A DNA stretch of 56,548 nt from Guillardia theta CCMP2712 (taxonomy: Eukaryota > Protista > Cryptophyta): NCBI RefSeq assembly GCF_000315625.1, contig NW_005434651.1, positions 1-56,548 on the forward strand. The letters run 5' to 3'. This document shows positions 1 through 6,539 of this stretch, piece after piece. Under the pieces are notes generated by a model. That model saw nothing but the letters and a program-made list of their open reading frames with translations, was not told the origin of the DNA and made no database searches. The position numbers and the translations under genes were made by a program. Every line of letters starts with the position of its first letter. Positions within the stretch are counted from its first letter, which is position 1.

Positions 1-34
1 AACTTGATGGTCTGTGTTCCTGGGATCTCCCTTC

Positions 35-3000
35 TTAGCCGATAATCAAAGCTGGTGATTTCAGATTTCTTCCGACCGTGTTCAGTTCTAATCCACTCCA
101 TCGACAGAATCGCTCTACCACTTGGACAAGCGTTTTCATCTCTCTCACTGAATGTGCTATCAAGACAAGGTCGTCTGCAAATGACAGATTATTAGGGTGT
201 TGAGTTGCAATCTCGTCTTGTTGTTGATCGAGCTGTTTGGACAAGATGCTCAGCAGAAGATTTGTTTTTGGCGGACTTGCGGGGCTGCCTTGGGGTAATC
301 CTCTGAGGAGTGGGATGGCTGCTGTTTCGAACCTCTCTGTCTGAATTTGCAGCGCTATCCCTTGGCTACAACTGATTGCGACGTCTACATCACACTGGTG
401 AAAGCCATATACCTCCATGATTTTTGCAATGGATTCGACTGCCACATTGTTAAAGAAGTTTGCAAAGTCGAGGTACAGCAGGATGAGGTCGTGTTGATTA
501 CTCTGAGCCTCCTCGATGATGTTGAGTAGACGATGACCCTGCCTGATCGTTCCTCCCTCTGGTCTGAAACCTTCCTGGTTGTTAGTGAGTAGCTTATGTT
601 TTTCAGCAGCTTTTGCCAGTCTGTGCGCTATGACTGCCTGGAAGATCCTCGTTATCGAGGAGAGGACGCATATAGGTCTTTGATTCTCCAAGACGTGACA
701 TATCTCATTTTTTGGGAGGAGCCTAACTCTCGCGAGCATCTTTAGTGTTTGCTTGTCTCCGATCAAGGCTCGGTTGATTGTCTTGCCTATTTCCTCCTTT
801 GCACTGTCAGGCAGAGCTTTCAGAATCTCGTTTGAAATCAAATCCATGCCTGCTGCTTTCCGGTTGGCCAGTTTTTGAATCCATACTTGGATCTCGCCTG
901 GCTCCAGCGGGTAAGCTATCTCTACATCCCTGGTCGGGTGTTGATTGATTTGCTCTGGGGGTTCGAAGTCCGGTGGTTTGACGGAAGTCAGTGATTGACA
1001 GCTTTTGCAGAAGAAGAGGATTGATGCTTCTTCGTTTTTCTGGCTTTTGTCATATAACGGGATCAGTCGTCCTTTTGTTTGACATTCAGCTCTTGCACAG
1101 GTTCCGTTCATGGTACATCCGTTGACTGCAAAGAAGGTTGCCGTGTGGGTTTCATCTTCTAGATCTCTTGCCAATCTCATGGGGAGGAATTGCTCGATGT
1201 TTTTGTATCCTTCCAGGCGCCACCCTCCTGGCTGTGTGATCAGTCCTCGGATGATGGGTACGATTGCGTGTGCAGGCGCCAGAGTTATGAACAGCTTTTG
1301 TGTCAGTGTTGCCAGGTTCCTCGCCCCGAGAACCTCGACGTGCAGCATGGTTTGATGTCTTGCATTCCAAAAGGTTTTGCTTGATTCTTTGGAGTTGCTC
1401 TGGAGGAATGTCTCGATTAACGGGTTCAGTTCTTGAAGATATGCTGTCTCCGGCTGTTGCATCGCTGGCTGGAGATCTCTCCATGACGTAAGTTCGATTG
1501 TGTTTGGGTGGCACTTCTCTGGCAGTTGACTCAGCATTGGGGCTTTGGGCTTAAAGTCTGACTTCTTGCCCATTGCATTTTGAGACTCTTTACTCCCTAT
1601 CGTGCCCAAGCGTCTTCTTCGTTCTTCGCATATTTTCAGGAATATCTCTTGGTCTTGTGCTGCGCAGATCTCCTTGAATTTGGTCATATTCTCTCTTATT
1701 TCTGCATGTAAGCTCGACTCCTTGTGTGCGCGATCAATAAAGTTTGGAATTTCTGAAGCGTTTCTTAAGTCCTTGTGAAGTTGCTTGATTTTGCGCTTGA
1801 GATCCATTTGAATTTTGGATGCATGTCTTTTCCCGCTGGAGCCTCGTAGCGGAATTTCCTTGATGGGGAGGGCTGTTGTTATCAATTCGAGAATGTCACA
1901 ATCTTGATGTAGAGCTTGTGCCGCTTTTATCTTCTCATCAAGTGCTATTGCCCATTCCACGCCTAGTCTTCCCGATAGCTTGTCCATCTCGACCACCCTT
2001 TTCTTTCGTCGAGGGGTTGCTTCTCGATCCCTCCTTTGCGGGAGGATTTCAATCTTTGGGATGGCTTGCTTACCCTCAGCATCGAGAGAGCTCACATTCA
2101 CTACAAGTGCTCTGTGGTCGACTGCGGCTCCTATGATGCAATCCTCTGCGGTCTGCGATATTAAGCTTACTGTGCGAGATGGATGGTGTAAGGCAAAGAC
2201 ATGATCCAGTTTTGCTTGGTGATGACCCTGCTTGTACCATGTGGAGAAGGTGAAGTGCGTGCTGCTTCTGCTCATCTTCTCGCAAGTGACCATCTGTGAT
2301 CGTCCAAGTTCGTTTAAGCCTTGTTCCATTCTCTCATCTGCACGGTGCACACTCGATTTGCTCCCGTATCCGACTCTCATGAGGATCTCTGGATGTTGTC
2401 GAGATGCATTGAAGTCGCCTCCTATGATGGTGAGCTTGACACTTGGCTCCGTCTTGAGCATCTGGCTCAGCGTTGCCCACATCTCGTCTTGATCCTCCCC
2501 TTGCGCTGCAGTAGGAAAGTGGGTGTTACAGATCCCTATCGGTTCTTTTTTTCCGATCTGTAAAAGTTGTATTCTTTTTTGGAGATTCTGCTCTTCCAAC
2601 ATGTCAGCGCGGCGGCAGAGCAGGGGGGAGGGACGAGGGAGGAGGTCCGCATGTACTAGCGTCACAAGGCGAAGATCACTCTTACCCTTTCTCCCCTCCC
2701 CTGCACCTTTCGTCATGAACACTCGGTAGCATCCCCATTCTTTCTTGATCATCATTCGGAGATCGGCCTCCTTTCGTTTTCCCCCGACCAAAACTTCTTG
2801 AAGTAGCACGACTGTTGGTTGATATGTTTCAATCAGGTATCCTAGGATGTGTTTCAGCACAAATTGACTGCATCCATTGACATTGTGAGAAATGATGTTG
2901 CCAGGGGCGTTGTCCTTCCTGTGCGTTTCCACCCATGCTGATTGCACTGACCTGTCGGTGGTAGTCGTGGATGGTTTGCTGCCTGCTGGCAGGATTTGCT

Positions 3001-4384
3001 CCTCCGCCCCCGTTGCCCATTGAAGGTGAGACGAGTTCCCATCTTGCATCTTTGTTGGGCCTGGTAGCTCCTCCTCTCCCCTTGTCTCCTTGTCGTTCTT
3101 CGAGATTGGCGCTGTGTGTATTGCTTGTGGCGGAGGAGGTGGCTGGAGTGGAGAGACGGGGCATGAAGCAGGAGGTGGGGGAGGGGAGGACGTCAGGATG
3201 TCTACCTGTGCTGACCTGTCTTGTAGTTGCAGGACCGTCGCGGCTATGAGCTTCGTTGATCCTTGTCCTCCTTGCTCCTGCTCGTCTTCCAATCTCTCCT
3301 GTAGCCGTGCATCTTCAGATGCCTGGGTCGCCTGTAGATCGCCTGCGCGTTCTTGGCCGTCTTCTCGCCTTTCCATCCGGTTAGGTATACGTTCCATGGT
3401 GAGCTCTGCAACTTGCCATTCCTTGTAACCTGAATCTTGCGCGTGCTGTAGAGCTCTGCAGATGCGTTGTATTGTTTCTCGCGTGTGCACATGTTCCATA
3501 CCCCCCCCCCAGAGGCCATCCAGCAGCAGATGTCTTGTTCGCATGAGCCATTGCTGATGGGGGGGGACGCCTTGTTGCCTCCCTGTGTTGAAGATATCTT
3601 GTTGTTGTGTTTTCCTTCGTGTCTTTGCGATCAGCAGCAGATGCAGCAAAACGAAAATTCCACAATTGTAGCCGTCTGTTTGTTGCAGCCCAGTTGACAC
3701 ACATGCCCTCCATGCCGTGTCGTCACAGTGTTCTTGTTGATCGCTAATTGCCTCGGTGATAATCGTCGCCATGAGTGATGCTAGGTCCATTCGCTGTGCG
3801 CCCCCCAATTGAAACTGTGCCTCCCTTTGGCTTCTGACTGTCCCCAGGTCTCTCTCAAGGGCCGTGCTAAGCGAGTCGACGATGTGTATTCTTTTTGTGT
3901 TAACATCTGCCACGATTAGAATCCAATGATTGCCGTTCTCTACGCAAGGGAATAAGAATGGTTGAGCTGCCCCGGCTAGCAGTCGTTTTGCTCTCCGTGT
4001 CCTTCCCTCCTGATCTCTCAAACCCGCTACTATTCTCGGGAGAACAATGGTCCCTCTCTGCAGCCCAAATTGGTTTCTAGTTTGCTCGCTGGCATACCTC
4101 GTGCCTTGGGGCCATGCTATTTGAAATCTGTCTTCCGCTGGTTCTAAATTGCGGTTTACCTCAACGATTAATGCCTCCATAACGTCCTCAGAGAGAAATC
4201 CATCTTCTCCTGAGTTGAGCAGCGCCGCTGCTCCGTACTCTCTATTGTTTTCCCGTAGACTCCAGGGGATCTCCCCTATCAAGTCGAATGTTTGTATTGT
4301 TCTGTTTTTTGGTTTTTTTCTTGTCATTGTTTTTCTCACCTTCTTGTCTCTTTCTGCTTGATTCCACCACGCCCTGGTGCCCAC
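35..4384 (-). CDS. LINE ORF2 polyprotein: Ulp1/C48 cysteine protease + AP endonuclease + Cys-rich insert + reverse transcriptase (frameshifted near nt 72)
   Basis: Protease motifs: FLFPCVENGNHWILIVAD..IVDSL and QQTDGYNCGIFVL (H, D, Q, C). APE motifs: SHNVNG, LLQEV, NTHFP, GGDFNA, KLDHVF, DHRAL. RT motifs: KAAGMD, RPICVL, QEGFRP, LYLDFANFFNNV, GLPQGSPASP, FADDLVL. Confidence 0.93.
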   Translation of the reverse strand: MGTRAWWNQAERDKKVRKTMTRKKPKNRTIQTFDLIGEIPWSLRENNREYGAAALLNSGEDGFLSEDVMEALIVEVNRNLEPAEDRFQIAWPQGTRYASEQTRNQFGLQRGTIVLPRIVAGLRDQEGRTRRAKRLLAGAAQPFLFPCVENGNHWILIVADVNTKRIHIVDSLSTALERDLGTVRSQREAQFQLGGAQRMDLASLMATIITEAISDQQEHCDDTAWRACVSTGLQQTDGYNCGIFVLLHLLLIAKTRRKTQQQDIFNTGRQQGVPPHQQWLMRTRHLLLDGLWGGGMEHVHTRETIQRICRALQHAQDSGYKEWQVAELTMERIPNRMERREDGQERAGDLQATQASEDARLQERLEDEQEQGGQGSTKLIAATVLQLQDRSAQVDILTSSPPPPPASCPVSPLQPPPPPQAIHTAPISKNDKETRGEEELPGPTKMQDGNSSHLQWATGAEEQILPAGSKPSTTTTDRSVQSAWVETHRKDNAPGNIISHNVNGCSQFVLKHILGYLIETYQPTVVLLQEVLVGGKRKEADLRMMIKKEWGCYRVFMTKGAGEGRKGKSDLRLVTLVHADLLPRPSPLLCRRADMLEEQNLQKRIQLLQIGKKEPIGICNTHFPTAAQGEDQDEMWATLSQMLKTEPSVKLTIIGGDFNASRQHPEILMRVGYGSKSSVHRADERMEQGLNELGRSQMVTCEKMSRSSTHFTFSTWYKQGHHQAKLDHVFALHHPSRTVSLISQTAEDCIIGAAVDHRALVVNVSSLDAEGKQAIPKIEILPQRRDREATPRRKKRVVEMDKLSGRLGVEWAIALDEKIKAAQALHQDCDILELITTALPIKEIPLRGSSGKRHASKIQMDLKRKIKQLHKDLRNASEIPNFIDRAHKESSLHAEIRENMTKFKEICAAQDQEIFLKICEERRRRLGTIGSKESQNAMGKKSDFKPKAPMLSQLPEKCHPNTIELTSWRDLQPAMQQPETAYLQELNPLIETFLQSNSKESSKTFWNARHQTMLHVEVLGARNLATLTQKLFITLAPAHAIVPIIRGLITQPGGWRLEGYKNIEQFLPMRLARDLEDETHTATFFAVNGCTMNGTCARAECQTKGRLIPLYDKSQKNEEASILFFCKSCQSLTSVKPPDFEPPEQINQHPTRDVEIAYPLEPGEIQVWIQKLANRKAAGMDLISNEILKALPDSAKEEIGKTINRALIGDKQTLKMLARVRLLPKNEICHVLENQRPICVLSSITRIFQAVIAHRLAKAAEKHKLLTNNQEGFRPEGGTIRQGHRLLNIIEEAQSNQHDLILLYLDFANFFNNVAVESIAKIMEVYGFHQCDVDVAISCSQGIALQIQTERFETAAIPLLRGLPQGSPASPPKTNLLLSILSKQLDQQQDEIATQHPNNLSFADDLVLIAHSVREMKTLVQVVERFCRWSGLELNTVGRNLKSPALIIG

Positions 4385-4551
4385 TGTCCCACCCGCCCTC
4401 TCCTCCTCCTCCTGCTTCCATTAGGCGTCAAGCGGCGCGGTTGAGGAGGAGTCAAGCGACATCTCTTCCACTTCTACCGCTCTGCTCCCTGCTTCGGGTG
4501 CATCTTCCACTCGCGCGTCTTCCATCTGTATCTCACTGCTCAAAACAAGTT

Positions 4552-6372
4552 TCATTCGTTACTGTTCCCAGGATTCCTACGAGGGAGAGCGCCGTTTCTA
4601 AGGAATTTATTCAAAGCAATGAAGAGAAGGTCAGTTTTCAAGGGCTTCTCCTCATTTGGTGCGAAAGCGCTGCTCTTTCGTTTCGCTACCTTCCACGTAT
4701 GCTTGCCTGCAATCATCCTGACTCGTTCGCGCAGTTGTTTGCTCACGGCATTCTCTGCCGCGTTGGCACCCTTACCAGCCCACTCTTGTAGCGTGGGGAA
4801 GGATGCATTTCCTGGGCTCTCCGGAGCCATCTCTTGCACCGCGTCATCAAGATGGAGTTGAAGCTGCCCTTGCTGTTGCAGCTCGCTCCTAGTTACGTCA
4901 GCAATAGTTTCCTTAAGTTCTTCGACGACCACGTCCGTTCCCGCATCTGGGAGGTTGGTCTCGTTGATAATTGAACTGAGCTCGATCTCTTTCCACACAG
5001 TTCCCTCTGCTCTGGTCCCCGTCGTTTGTGACCTGGCCTCAGGGTTAGACTGATCGCGAGTTGCCTGAGGCGACACTTTGAGGTTCAGACTGCTCGCTGT
5101 CGTTTGGATTTCAACTGTGCCTTGCCAGCAGAGGAGCTGTGTGGGGAATTCAGCCATCATCTTTCTTGCACTACTTTCACTGCGTAGCCGGAGAATGATA
5201 CCAGACCCATCCCAGATCCCTGTTTCTGGATCGCATTGAAGGTGGATCCGTTGGAGATCTCTCTCCACCTGTGGATCAAAGCAAGCGACAGCTCTCCGAA
5301 TGTTTCGGATGACTTTTGCTCTGCCCGTTTCGTCACTTGCACAGATTTTTTCGATCTCATTTCGGGAGAACTTCCCTGACGGCACAGGAGAGGAGATTTG
5401 TACCGAGTACAGCATCTCTGCTCCCGTTGCCATTGCCGTGCCCTCTTGTCGCACCGCATTCTTCATATTCTTGTGCAGCGCCGTTGCTTCCATCTGCACT
5501 GAGAACCATTTCAGTATTTTGTCATTCTCTGAGACCAGTCCCAAAGTGACTCCTGCACGATCCTTTCCATGTCGATCGAATGCTTGAAGAACGATGTCCG
5601 CTGCTTCAAGGCTCGAGCACGTTGCGATCCAGTCGACCTCTCTGTTCTGGTTGACTGTTTCTATTCCTACCGCAGCGAACACCTTCTTTGGCGGTAGGTT
5701 CCTCTTGGGGGGGAGGTTCACTGTCATTCCCGCGTTTGGGATCAGATCAATGATCGCTAATCCCTGCTTCAGGCATAGCTGCCTGTAGATCTCACATATG
5801 TCACCTGTGCTCGAATCGTTGAGCATCAGGAGTTGGGCCACCTCAGCTAGGATTCCAACTCTGCTCATGTTCTCCTTCTTTGGCCGCATCTTGAACGAGA
5901 TCGGTGGGTTGGCTGCTGGGTTCACTGCTAGAATCCTCCTGCCTGCCACCTTGAAGGTACCTTCTCCTTTCCAGAGTTTCTCAGCCGCCTCATTGCGGAC
6001 AAAGGTGATCACTGCTGGGATCTCCGCTGCCTGCACAAGGTCAGGCTTCAAGGGAGCCTTGAAGATCAGGCTCCTGCTGTCTTGCGTCTGATCGACGATC
6101 AAGCCTTGCTCTTCAAGCTTGAGGCATAAGTTTTCCACCTGTCTGGAAAAGTATGCAGGGATCCCAAGTACCTTCATGGTAATCGTCTGCACATTGGTGC
6201 CCTGATCATCATATGATCTGGCCTCCATCTGCCTTTGTCTGTCAGCTTGGAACTCTGACAGGTACCACTGCTTGACATCGTCACCCCACTGCCTGAGCCC
6301 TTTCGGATTCTCCAGTGACGAGGGTTCAGCGAAGCTGCATGTCTGACTGATGGCTTCGGCTAAGGCTTCCAA
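4552..6372 (-). CDS. LINE ORF1-like protein (5' end probably incomplete at the gap)
   Basis: 606-aa intronless ORF directly upstream of, and co-oriented with, ORF2; no motif confidently recognised. Confidence 0.7.
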   Translation of the reverse strand: MEALAEAISQTCSFAEPSSLENPKGLRQWGDDVKQWYLSEFQADRQRQMEARSYDDQGTNVQTITMKVLGIPAYFSRQVENLCLKLEEQGLIVDQTQDSRSLIFKAPLKPDLVQAAEIPAVITFVRNEAAEKLWKGEGTFKVAGRRILAVNPAANPPISFKMRPKKENMSRVGILAEVAQLLMLNDSSTGDICEIYRQLCLKQGLAIIDLIPNAGMTVNLPPKRNLPPKKVFAAVGIETVNQNREVDWIATCSSLEAADIVLQAFDRHGKDRAGVTLGLVSENDKILKWFSVQMEATALHKNMKNAVRQEGTAMATGAEMLYSVQISSPVPSGKFSRNEIEKICASDETGRAKVIRNIRRAVACFDPQVERDLQRIHLQCDPETGIWDGSGIILRLRSESSARKMMAEFPTQLLCWQGTVEIQTTASSLNLKVSPQATRDQSNPEARSQTTGTRAEGTVWKEIELSSIINETNLPDAGTDVVVEELKETIADVTRSELQQQGQLQLHLDDAVQEMAPESPGNASFPTLQEWAGKGANAAENAVSKQLRERVRMIAGKHTWKVAKRKSSAFAPNEEKPLKTDLLFIALNKFLRNGALPRRNPGNSNE

Positions 6373-6402
6373 GAAACGAATCCTTTAATGGCGGTACTAA
6401 AC

Positions 6403-6502
6403 NNNNNNNNNNNNNNNNNNNNNNNNNNNNNNNNNNNNNNNNNNNNNNNNNNNNNNNNNNNNNNNNNNNNNNNNNNNNNNNNNNNNNNNNNNNNNNNNNN
6501 NN
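6403..6502. other. Assembly gap (100 N)
   Basis: Run of N characters. Confidence 1.
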
Positions 6503-6539
6503 TCTCCACCTACCCCACCCTCTGTTCTCAACCTCCGCA

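Larger units (their letters stand above)
1..6402 (-). mobile_element. Non-LTR retrotransposon (LINE), two ORFs; 3' end runs off the window start and 5' end is lost in the N-gap
   Basis: ORF1 (4552-6372) is followed by ORF2 (35-4384), which carries APE and non-LTR RT motifs; both are intronless in an otherwise intron-dense region. Confidence 0.93.
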
